A stretch of 58,872 bases of DNA, filler included, from Candidatus Rokuibacteriota bacterium (GTDB lineage Bacteria; JAUVQV01; DATDCY01), in NCBI GenBank assembly GCA_031406795.1. It is 4 parts of 4 records of this genome, joined end to end, with 100 filler letters (N's around TTAATTAATTAA, not from the genome) between each part and the next. Parts side by side here need not be neighbours in the genome. Positions count along the whole stretch, not along the records: positions 1 to 12,530 come from JANOHV010000065.1; 3 more parts are not named here. One strand, written 5' to 3'. The position numbers and the translations under genes were made by a program. Below the pieces are notes generated by a model, which searched no databases, had not been told where the DNA came from, and worked only from the letters and a program-made list of their open reading frames with translations. This document shows, in pieces, positions 1 to 7,956 of this stretch (its first letter is position 1; each line of letters opens with the position of its first letter).

Positions 1-36
1 CAGAGCGGCAAACACCGCCCAAGGGAGACTGGCACG

Positions 37-1383
37 ATGACACAACCCGATCGCCCGAGCTTGACCCGCCTGGGGCCCTTTCTGGCCCTGCTCGCATTCC
101 TCGCCACGACGGTCGCCGCAACAGTCGCCGGCGCCGCCGACCAGGCTTCGAACATCGACACCGGCGACACCGCCTGGGTGCTCACGGCCTCCGCGATGGT
201 GCTGCTGATGACTCCGGGCCTGGCCTTCTTCTATGGCGGGCTGGTCCGCCGCAAGAACATCCTCTCGGTTCTGATGCAGTGCTTCGTGATCATCTGCATC
301 GTCTCCATCCAGTGGGTCTTCTTCGGGTACAGCCTCTCGTTCGGCCCCGACCACGGCGGTCTGATCGGCGATCTCTCCTGGTTCGGCCTCAAGGGCGTGG
401 GCGCCGAGCCGCACCCCGCCTACGCGGCGACGATCCCGCACATCGTCTTCATGGCTTTCCAGATGATGTTCGCGGTGATCACGCCGGCTCTGGTGATCGG
501 CGCTTTCGCCGAGCGGATGAAGTTCTCGACGCTCTGCGTCTTCTCGCTCCTGTGGGCGACGATCGTCTATGCGCCGGTGACGCACTGGGTCTGGGGGGAT
601 GGCGGGTTTCTGCGGGCGGCCGGCGCGCAGGATTTCGCCGGCGGGATCGTCGTGCACATCAGCGCAGGCATGGCTGCGCTCGTCGCGGCGCTGATGCTCG
701 GCCGTCGCCTCGGGTACCCGACGAACGTCGCCCCGCCGCACAATCTGCCGCTCGCGGTGCTCGGCGCCGGACTGCTCTGGTTCGGCTGGTTCGGTTTCAA
801 CGCCGGCAGCGCGCTGGGCGCCGGCGCGATCGCCGGCGGCGCGTTCGTCGCGACGCACCTGGCCGGTTCCGCCGCCGGGCTGTCGTGGGCGCTCATCGAG
901 TGGATGCACAACGGCCGCCCGACCGTGCTGGGCATCATCACCGGTTCGGTCGCCGGGCTGGCGGCCGTGACCCCCGCCTCCGGCTTCGTCAAGCCGACCG
1001 GGGCGATCTGGATCGGCATCGGCGCCGCGGTCCTGTGCTACTACACGGCGGTCATCCTCAAGGCGAAGCTCGGCTACGACGACACGCTCGACGCCTTCGG
1101 GGTACACGGCGTCGGTGGGGTCTGGGGGGTGATCGCGACGGGGCTCTTCGCGACGAAGGCGGTGAACGCAGCGGGAGCCGACGGGCTTTTCTACGGCGGT
1201 GGCGCGCTGCTCTGGGCCCAGATCAAGGCCACCGTGGTCACGGCCGGCTGGGCACTTGTCGGGACCTATCTGATCCTCAAGGCGTTGGACGCGCTGATGG
1301 GCCTGCGTGTCAGCGAGCACGAGGAGCGCGTCGGCCTGGACCTGACCGGCCATCGGGAATCGGCGTACACGCTGCTGGACTGA
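37..1383 (+). CDS. amtB: Ammonium transporter (Amt family)
   Basis: Motifs DTAWVL..LMTPGLAFFYGGLVRRKN, FQMMFAVITPAL..GAFAERMKF, DFAGG.VVH, WFGWFGFNAGS, DD.LDAFGVHG; GGGAG RBS upstream. Confidence 0.97.
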   Translation: MTQPDRPSLTRLGPFLALLAFLATTVAATVAGAADQASNIDTGDTAWVLTASAMVLLMTPGLAFFYGGLVRRKNILSVLMQCFVIICIVSIQWVFFGYSLSFGPDHGGLIGDLSWFGLKGVGAEPHPAYAATIPHIVFMAFQMMFAVITPALVIGAFAERMKFSTLCVFSLLWATIVYAPVTHWVWGDGGFLRAAGAQDFAGGIVVHISAGMAALVAALMLGRRLGYPTNVAPPHNLPLAVLGAGLLWFGWFGFNAGSALGAGAIAGGAFVATHLAGSAAGLSWALIEWMHNGRPTVLGIITGSVAGLAAVTPASGFVKPTGAIWIGIGAAVLCYYTAVILKAKLGYDDTLDAFGVHGVGGVWGVIATGLFATKAVNAAGADGLFYGGGALLWAQIKATVVTAGWALVGTYLILKALDALMGLRVSEHEERVGLDLTGHRESAYTLLD

Positions 1384-1555
1384 TGTCCGCGCCGGCGGAC
1401 CGCGACCGGCACGAGCGCGTATCCCCGCAGGCAGCGCGCTGGCTCATCGCTCGCGTGGCTGCACCCGTTCAGTCACGCTGGAGCAAGGCCACGTCGAACA
1501 CACGGCAGCGGGGTTCGTCCTCATGCAGGCCGATTCGTGAAAGTCGGAGCAATTC

Positions 1556-1584
1556 TTGACAGGGTTGTTTCCGGCCAGTACTAA
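1556..1584 (+). promoter_or_regulatory. Putative sigma70 promoter (TTGACA-17 nt-TACTAA)
   Basis: Perfect -35 at 1556-1561, 17-nt spacer, imperfect -10 at 1579-1584, upstream of the ORF at 1636. Confidence 0.45.
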
Positions 1585-1635
1585 TGAAAGCGTATGAACT
1601 ATTTCTCGAAAGGGAACCGTGTGTTCTGTTGTCGG

Positions 1636-1956
1636 ATGCGCCCCGTCCTGCGAACCGCCGTGTCCGTCCTGCTCGTCGTATTGCTGGGGCTGGAGATCTT
1701 GCCGTGGGGGGTTGTCGAGAGCGTGCCCGCCAACTCCGGCGAACAGCGTGAGCGCACCCTCCGCATCGAGCCGCTTCAAGTCTGCGACCACGGGGACTTC
1801 TTCCTCGGCGCCCTGTTCGACCTTCCCGTGCTTCTCCCGGGGGCTTTCTGCCTCTTCACACCGACGGAGTTTCAGCCGCTCGATCAGCTGGCCGTCCCTC
1901 TCGTTCAGGACGGATTTCACCCCGCCATAGACCGCCCTCCCCGACTCTCGGCGTAA
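1636..1956 (+). CDS. Small hypothetical membrane/exported protein (DUF2946-like, C-terminal IDRPPR)
   Basis: N-terminal hydrophobic stretch, a CDH motif and a C-terminal (D)RPP motif typical of small leader proteins upstream of metal/cytochrome operons; start uncertain (1594 or 1636). Confidence 0.5.
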   Translation: MRPVLRTAVSVLLVVLLGLEILPWGVVESVPANSGEQRERTLRIEPLQVCDHGDFFLGALFDLPVLLPGAFCLFTPTEFQPLDQLAVPLVQDGFHPAIDRPPRLSA

Positions 1957-2158
1957 CTCCGATCGCTCCGCGATTGGGGGCGCAGCACCCCTTGGCCCGG
2001 CAGGCTTGGGGTGCCGCTCCGGCTCGGATACTCATCCGCGCCTGGATTCCGTAGCGGCCGCGGCGCGCGCCGTCCACGGTTTCCTCCCCGTATTCAACGG
2101 AGCTATCCCGGGGAATCTCTCCCCGATACCAGCGGGATCGCCGAGAGGAGGAACGACG

Positions 2159-2653
2159 ATGGAGTACTGGGATAACACCATGGGCCCTGATGAGCGGGTG
2201 CGGCTGCGCGCGGGCGCAGTTGAGGCCGTGAGGAACGGCGAAAAAAAACTTCATGTGGCGCGGCGTCTCGGTGTCACCCGGCAGACGCTGCACAACTGGG
2301 TGACGAGGCACCAGTGCGGCGGAACGGCAGCGCTCGCCGCAAAGCCGCGAGGCCGGGTGCGGCGTCAGGTGCTGGAACCCTGGCAGGAGGCGCAAGTCGC
2401 CGGCGCCATCATGCACCTGTCCCCGTCGACGGTGAGCGAGCGCTATACCCGCTGGACGAAGAAGGCTATCGCCGGTTTCGTTGAACTGCGCTTTGGCGTG
2501 CGTCTCAGCGCGTGGCAGGTGGACAGTCACCTGCGAAGATTGGGCTTCGGATCGCACAAGGCGGTGCGTCGGGCGTTTCTGGACAAACAGGCCCGGGTCG
2601 GAACGCCGGGCTGGCTGCCCCAGCCAACGGCGGAGGCGTCACTCCCGCTCTAA
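2159..2653 (+). CDS. IS630-transposase-derived helix-turn-helix protein lacking the DDE domain
   Basis: Strong GAGGAGG RBS; VARRLGVTRQTLHNWV..GG.AAL.AKPRGR, WT..AI...VE.RFGV.LS...V..HLRRLGF..K..RRAF match the IS630 N-terminal HTH and winged-HTH; no catalytic domain seen in any downstream frame. Confidence 0.75.
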   Translation: MEYWDNTMGPDERVRLRAGAVEAVRNGEKKLHVARRLGVTRQTLHNWVTRHQCGGTAALAAKPRGRVRRQVLEPWQEAQVAGAIMHLSPSTVSERYTRWTKKAIAGFVELRFGVRLSAWQVDSHLRRLGFGSHKAVRRAFLDKQARVGTPGWLPQPTAEASLPL

Positions 2654-2815
2654 CGAGAAGAACAGGGGAGCGACGGCGGGTGTTGCCGGGGCGCAGGAGG
2701 ACATCGGCAAACACAAGTGGGAGGAGGTGTGTATCGGGAAACGACAGGATCACTTGCACCGCCCGATCGATTCAGCACACGGGCAATAGCACGGGACGTT
2801 GAAAGGAGACGGACC

Positions 2816-4057
2816 ATGAGACCAATGCGATTCATGCTGACGGTCGCCATAGTCGCTTCGGCGTCGCTCGCCGCTGCGGCGGACGCGCCGAAGAAGGCGT
2901 CGAGCATCGACGAGCTGGCGAAGATGTTCGATTCCACCGGCTGCAGAGAGTGCCACCAGGAGATTTACACGCAGTGGGAGAAATCGCACCACGCGCGTCC
3001 GTTCATGGGCGTGGCCGGGGGCATGATGCTGACCCCGGTCGTGACCGCCAGCGCGTTCAAGGTCGAAAAACCGGAGCAGGCCACCCTCAAGACGTTCCCC
3101 TGCTTCAAGTGCCACCTGCCGCAGGCGCTGCGCTGGGCCGAGGATTCGGTCGCCCAGGAGCTGGCCGCGGCGCTCATGGCCAACCCGCAGGACAAGGCCA
3201 AGGTCGCCAAGCTCCAGATCACCTGTCTGGTCTGCCACTCGGAGACGGCGATCGCGCACCGGCTCAAGGACGGCAACCCCGAGCCGGGGGTGATCTACGG
3301 CAGCAAGGAGGGCGCCCACGACTCCAAGACCCACCCCAAGATGAAGAAGAGCGTCACCCTGGGCCAGTCCATTTTCTGCGGGCAGTGCCACGGCACGGGG
3401 CCGAACTTCGAGTTCGACTACCCCGTCCAGTGCGCGACGCTCTACGGAAGCTACCAGCACAACTATCTCCCGGCCGGCGGCCAGAAATCCTGCCAGGAGT
3501 GCCACATGGCCAAGACGAAGGACGGTTTCGCCGATCACCTGATCGCGCCGAACTTCGACGACAAGGAGGCGACCGCGGCGCTGCTCGCGAAGAGCGTGCA
3601 CCTCACCGTCGACACCCTCGGCTACCAGTGGCTGCGCAAGGCCAACACCTACACCCCGAAGATCGTCGTGAACACCAGGATCACCCACGATGCTGGGCAC
3701 CGCATCCCCGATGGCTGACCCAGCCACAACAGAGTGGTCATGGTAGTGACCGCAAAAACCAAGGACGGGAAGGAAGTCGGTTCGATCGAGAAGAATTACC
3801 ACCCGCAGGGGAGCAGCTGCCGTGACGAGAAGATGGCGTACGGGGCGCAGAATAAGTCCTCGTACATCCGGGACACCAGCCTCCAGCCGCTCCAGACCAA
3901 GGCCGAGAGCATCGAGTTCGACCTGCCGGTCGATGACAAGGGCGCCCCGACCATCCGCACGGTTGACGTGACCGTTGAGTTGATCTACGAGATCCAGAAT
4001 CCCGACAACAAGTTCACCATCACCAGGGTGACCCGGGAGGTGACGCTGGACCGTTAG
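2816..4057 (+). CDS. Pentaheme cytochrome c selenoprotein (ExtKL-like), Sec at UGA 3716-3718
   Basis: AAGGAG RBS, signal peptide, five CxxCH motifs (CRECH, CFKCH, CLVCH, CGQCH, CQECH); GHRIPDG-UGA-PSHNRVV continues in frame into ORF 3734-4057; hairpin just downstream of the UGA. Confidence 0.88.
3734..3753 (+). promoter_or_regulatory. Bacterial SECIS-like hairpin
   Basis: GTGGTCA-TGGTAG-TGACCGC stem-loop starting 15 nt after the in-frame UGA, with G residues in the apical loop. Confidence 0.7.
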
Positions 4058-4212
4058 CGCGATCAGGGAGGTGCGTGGGGGCCAGGCTCGTCCCCGGGGG
4101 GCGGGCCTGGCCTTTCTTCTGGCTGCCCGTCGCGCGCTGCGCGAAACGCAGCTGCGTGTATTACCATCAGAACGGCATGGGCAGAGGAGATGCGGTGGAG
4201 ACGGCGGTACGC

Positions 4213-4689
4213 ATGGACTTGTCGCAATGGGCGGCGAGCGTCGGAATCCGCGCCGGGGCGATCCTCTTTCTCGCGGTCTGGTTACTGGGAACCGTTGGCG
4301 GCTGCGCCCGGGACACGACCAAGTACCCTGAGATCCGAACCCGGGACGGAAACGTGCCGGTCGATCTCTCCGGCATCCGCGCGGAGAGCGGCCGTTTCCA
4401 GAGCTACCGCTCCACCTCGGGCAGGAATGTCGACATCTTCGTCTATCGCGAACGCTCGGGAGCGCCGCACGCGGTGCTCGACGCGTGTCGGACTTGCTAC
4501 CGCTGGAAGAAGGGCTATGTCCTCGACGGCAGGGAAGTGGTCTGTCTCAAGTGCGACATGCGGTTCAAGCTCGAGAGCCTCGCGCAGGGGACCGGCTCCT
4601 GCGTCCCGGTTGCGCTCACTTCTGAGCTGCTCGGGGACTCGCTGATCATCCCCGCCGCGGAACTTGAGGCCGGGGCGGAGTTCTTCTGA
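4213..4689 (+). CDS. DUF2318-family Fe-S-containing lipoprotein
   Basis: DACRTC..KKGY....VVCLKC.MRF...GSC.P Cys pattern; lipobox-like VGGC; start uncertain (4177 or 4213). Confidence 0.75.
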   Translation: MDLSQWAASVGIRAGAILFLAVWLLGTVGGCARDTTKYPEIRTRDGNVPVDLSGIRAESGRFQSYRSTSGRNVDIFVYRERSGAPHAVLDACRTCYRWKKGYVLDGREVVCLKCDMRFKLESLAQGTGSCVPVALTSELLGDSLIIPAAELEAGAEFF

Positions 4690-4744
4690 TTCGGCACTCG
4701 TTCGCGCCCAAAATTCGCTTCTCCCCGGGTTGATGGTCCGGGGA

Positions 4745-5800
4745 TCAGAGCGAACTGCTTGCCCCGGCCTTGCCCCGCTTCCACGCGAAGGCGACACCGA
4801 GAACGCCCGCGAGGACCAGCGTCATGATCGCCCCGACGAACCCGGACAGCGACGTGCCCTTGTCCACCCTCGGCCGAGAGGGGTTTGCCCCCCCCGACTT
4901 AGCGCCTTCCTTCGCGGGCAGGGCGTAGTCGGGAAGCAGGGCCGTCTTCTCCTGGAGCTTCGCGAGCGTGCCGGGGAGACCCTGCGACGGGCCCGCGAGG
5001 TCAGCCGTGCCGGTCACCCTGGCCAGACTCCACTCCAACCCGTCCGGCCGGCTCGAGGCGAACCAGGCCAGGACGCTGCCCGTGAGAAGCGCGGCGAGCG
5101 CGAGCGCCCCCAGCACCGGCGCCAGGCCGCGGCGCGATCCGGATGTCTCCGTCGTGGTGCCCAGCGCCTGCGCGGTCAGCTCGGGCCTGACCTTGAGCAC
5201 ATAGCCGAGGACCGCGGCGCTGACGAACCCTTCGACAATACCGATCGGCAGGTGAATCCCCCCCATCAACGCGGCGAATGGGCCGAAGGTCAGTTCGCTG
5301 CGCCGCGAAAAGAGCGTTTCGAGCACGACCGCCATCGCTCCCATTTCGAGGCCGACGACCGCGGCTCCCACCGCGGCGGCGCTCATGCGGGCGGTGGATG
5401 GGGAGCGTCCCGCCAGGGCGCGAAACAGCGGCAGCCCGATGAAGCAGGGGAAGACGCCGAGATTGAAGACATTGCACCCCAGGGCCAGCAGCCCGCCGTC
5501 GGCGAAGAAGAAAGCCTGGATGACCAGGACCGAGGCGATCGTCAGGAAGGCGGCATAGGGTCCGAGCAGGATCGAGAGCAGCAAGCCGCCGCCGATGTGT
5601 CCGGAGGAACCGGTGCCCGGGATCGTGAAGTTGATCATCTGCGCCGCGAAAATGAAGGCGCCGAGCACGCCCATCAACGGCACCTTGTGATCGTCGAGGG
5701 ATTTCCGGACTCGGCTCGCGCAGAAGGCCAGCGTCGCGCCGGCGACCGTCCAGAAACCCGCTCCAACCGCGGGGGAGAGCAGCGCGTCGGCCATGTGCAT
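4745..5800 (-). CDS. nikMN: ECF-type Ni/Co transporter S component, CbiM/NikM fused to NikN (PDGLE) domain
   Basis: N-terminal MHMADALLS metal-binding motif, FAAQMINF.IPGTGSSGH, GIHLPIG, C-terminal ASS.PDGLE. Confidence 0.88.
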   Translation of the reverse strand: MHMADALLSPAVGAGFWTVAGATLAFCASRVRKSLDDHKVPLMGVLGAFIFAAQMINFTIPGTGSSGHIGGGLLLSILLGPYAAFLTIASVLVIQAFFFADGGLLALGCNVFNLGVFPCFIGLPLFRALAGRSPSTARMSAAAVGAAVVGLEMGAMAVVLETLFSRRSELTFGPFAALMGGIHLPIGIVEGFVSAAVLGYVLKVRPELTAQALGTTTETSGSRRGLAPVLGALALAALLTGSVLAWFASSRPDGLEWSLARVTGTADLAGPSQGLPGTLAKLQEKTALLPDYALPAKEGAKSGGANPSRPRVDKGTSLSGFVGAIMTLVLAGVLGVAFAWKRGKAGASSSL

Positions 5801-5859
5801 GGTCGGCTTCCTATCTGCCACTCTTCATGATTGCCTTGTTGTACTGCCTGAAGCCGCAG

Positions 5860-5887
5860 GTGTTACGAAGACGCGATACAGTGTTAC
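5860..5887. promoter_or_regulatory. GTGTTAC-N14-GTGTTAC direct repeat, candidate NikR operator
   Basis: Two exact GTGTTAC heptamers at 5860-5866 and 5881-5887, 60-90 nt upstream of nikMN; half-site resembles deltaproteobacterial NikR sites. Confidence 0.55.
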
Positions 5888-5899
5888 TGCTCGCGATCC

Positions 5900-6124
5900 C
5901 TACTGCTTCTTGCCGCCGCAGCCGCTGGCCCCTCCGCACCCACTCATGCCGCCCTGAGGCGTCTGGGTCTGCGGGGCCGCGCCCCCCTTGTGACCGCCGC
6001 ACCCGCTCTTCCCGCCGCCACAGGAGGACTTATGGTGGTGTGCACAGCCCGCAGCGCCGGCCCCCGCGAGCAGAGCCGCGAGACTGACGCCGGCCAGAAT
6101 CTGCTTGAGTTCTTTCCGCTCCAT
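5900..6124 (-). CDS. SbtA-like (selenobiotic/thiooxazole RiPP precursor-like) Cys/Gly/His-rich peptide, 74 aa
   Basis: GAAAGGAGA RBS; leader MERKELKQILAGVSLAALLAG resembles SbtA leaders; then AAGC-AHHHK and four S[SG]CGG repeats. Confidence 0.7.
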   Translation of the reverse strand: MERKELKQILAGVSLAALLAGAGAAGCAHHHKSSCGGGKSGCGGHKGGAAPQTQTPQGGMSGCGGASGCGGKKQ

Positions 6125-6354
6125 TTTCGATCTCCTTTCGTTGCCGAGCCATGGCCGGTGCAGCCGGCAGGTTGCGTCGCTGCCTGATGCTCCGGCCCCC
6201 ATCCACCATACATCATGCGCCATCGCCTTGGAACAGCCAGCAGTTTTCACCCCGGTGTCTCGGGGTGATCCGCGCATTGCGCCGATCCCGCGGGCCGCGG
6301 CGCTGCGGTATACTTGCCGGCGGGCATCCACCCAACGGGGGAATCGACTCGCCG

Positions 6355-6771
6355 GTGGTTTACGATACACCTCGGTGCACGCGATTGCACCATGTCGCGC
6401 TTGGCGCCCGCGACGTCGAGCAGATCGCGGCCTTCTACCGCGACCTGCTCGGTCTGGGTGAGGTAAGCCGGCATTTTGAGCCCGACGGACGGCTGCGTTC
6501 AATCTGGCTCGACCTCGGGGGCGCGATTCTGATGGTCGAGCGCACCGAAGAACCCGCCCGTCGCGTACAGGGCGTCGGCGCCGGCCCTTTTCTCCTCGCG
6601 CTCGCCGCTGCGCCCGAGGACCGGGCGGCGTTTGAACGGTCGCTCGCGGCGCACGGGGCCCTCATTGATTCGCGCACGGAGTGCACGACCTACTTCCGCG
6701 ATCCTGAAGGGAACCGCGTCGCCATATCGAACTACTCCCTATCTGCAGAACATGGCAGTACTAATCGGTAA
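6355..6771 (+). CDS. VOC/glyoxalase family protein
   Basis: LHHVAL.ARDVE..AAFY.DLLGL ... TYFRDPEGNRV; start codon uncertain. Confidence 0.8.
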   Translation: MVYDTPRCTRLHHVALGARDVEQIAAFYRDLLGLGEVSRHFEPDGRLRSIWLDLGGAILMVERTEEPARRVQGVGAGPFLLALAAAPEDRAAFERSLAAHGALIDSRTECTTYFRDPEGNRVAISNYSLSAEHGSTNR

Positions 6772-6860
6772 CTAACAAATTCTATAGATACCACACAGTA
6801 CTATTATTACTTGATGCCAATAGCGTTCTGCGCGGTGATAAAATTCAACATTAGCTGCAC

Positions 6861-6873
6861 AATCAACTAGTTA
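6861..6873 (+). promoter_or_regulatory. IHF binding site
   Basis: AATCAACTAGTTA matches WATCAANNNNTTR exactly, in an AT-rich patch just upstream of a sigma54 promoter. Confidence 0.65.
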
Positions 6874-6891
6874 TACGAAATTTATCAGCGG

Positions 6892-6907
6892 TGGCACATG
6901 CTTTGCA
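6892..6907 (+). promoter_or_regulatory. Sigma54 (-24/-12) promoter
   Basis: TGGCACATGCTTTGCA matches TGGCAC-N5-TTGCA exactly. Confidence 0.8.
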
Positions 6908-6974
6908 ATTCCGACCAGTCGAACGGCGAAGGTGCAGTGGGGCATCCGCCGAACGAAGCACAGGAGGAATTGAG

Positions 6975-7775
6975 ATGAAGATCACCAGGAGCATCACCGG
7001 CATTACCGGAGCTTACGCGATGGCACTCGGGCTGGCGCTGGGGGGCATCGTCGCAAGCGTCCCGGGCACCGCGCAGGCCACCCCCTCAACCACCTACTGG
7101 ACCCCGATGACCGTCGACATCCAGTCCTACGGCGTCCTGCACACCGGCGTCGACAACTATTTCACGATCTTTCGCAAGGCCGACGATGGCGGCGGCATGT
7201 TCCCGACCGACCTCGGCCTGACCATGGGCGTGCTGCCCTTCGACAAAGTAAAGATGGAGATCGGCGTCGACCTCCTGGAGTCCTCCGACAACCCGCTCTT
7301 CTTCAACGCCAAGATCGGGATTCCCGAAGACGCTTTCTTCTCCTGGCAGCCGACGGTGCAGGTCGGCATCTTCAACGTCGGCACGAAAACCGATGTCAGC
7401 AACCAGAACATCGTCTTCGGCGTGATCGGCAAGAGCATCCCGGTCCTCGGGCGGATTTCCGCCGGCGCCTACATGGGCAACAAGAAGGTTCTGCTGGACA
7501 AGGACGGCGAGAAGGAGAACACCGGCTTCATGGTGGCCTACGACCGGGCGTTCCTCCCCGTGAAGGACAAGGAGGGGAACGAGTTCAGCCGCATGGTGTT
7601 CGCGGCGGACTACGCCTCTGGCAAGAACGCCCTCGGCGGCGGCGGGGCCGGGCTGTACTATTTCTTCACGAAGGATATCAGCCTGCTCACCGGTCCGGTC
7701 TTCTTCAACGAGGAGTCCATCAACGGCAAGTGGAAGTGGACCGTCCAGTTGGATATCAACACGTCGCTCTTCTAA
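6975..7775 (+). CDS. Putative outer-membrane beta-barrel/porin-like protein
   Basis: GGAGG RBS, signal peptide ending AQA, alternating amphipathic strands, C-terminal WTVQLDINTSLF. Confidence 0.65.
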   Translation: MKITRSITGITGAYAMALGLALGGIVASVPGTAQATPSTTYWTPMTVDIQSYGVLHTGVDNYFTIFRKADDGGGMFPTDLGLTMGVLPFDKVKMEIGVDLLESSDNPLFFNAKIGIPEDAFFSWQPTVQVGIFNVGTKTDVSNQNIVFGVIGKSIPVLGRISAGAYMGNKKVLLDKDGEKENTGFMVAYDRAFLPVKDKEGNEFSRMVFAADYASGKNALGGGGAGLYYFFTKDISLLTGPVFFNEESINGKWKWTVQLDINTSLF

Positions 7776-7805
7776 GTCTCGAAGCGCGGCAGGCCGCATC
7801 GTACT

Positions 7806-7858
7806 GAAGCGTAGGAAACTGCCGGACATTCGGGCGGTTTCCTACGCTTTCGTTTTTT
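7806..7858 (+). terminator. Rho-independent terminator
   Basis: AAGCGTAGGAAAC(TGCC)...(GGCG)GTTTCCTACGCTT stem followed by a T-run. Confidence 0.8.
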
Positions 7859-7956
7859 CAGCAAAGCGAGTGCCGCCTTGACAAGCCGATACGGCCAAGG
7901 CTGCCAAAAAACGCTTGTGGCATACTGACCGTGCAACCGGAGGCTTCGCGAGAATC

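Noticed and set aside
2654-2815. Cyclic-dinucleotide (GEMM) riboswitch upstream of the cytochrome
   Set aside because: Only GGCAAAC matches; the GAAA-tetraloop stem and CGCAAAGC segment are not found
7918-7935. Sigma54 promoter upstream of nadE (TGGCATACTGACCGTGCA)
   Set aside because: GG-to-GC spacing is 2 nt too long for a -24/-12 promoter
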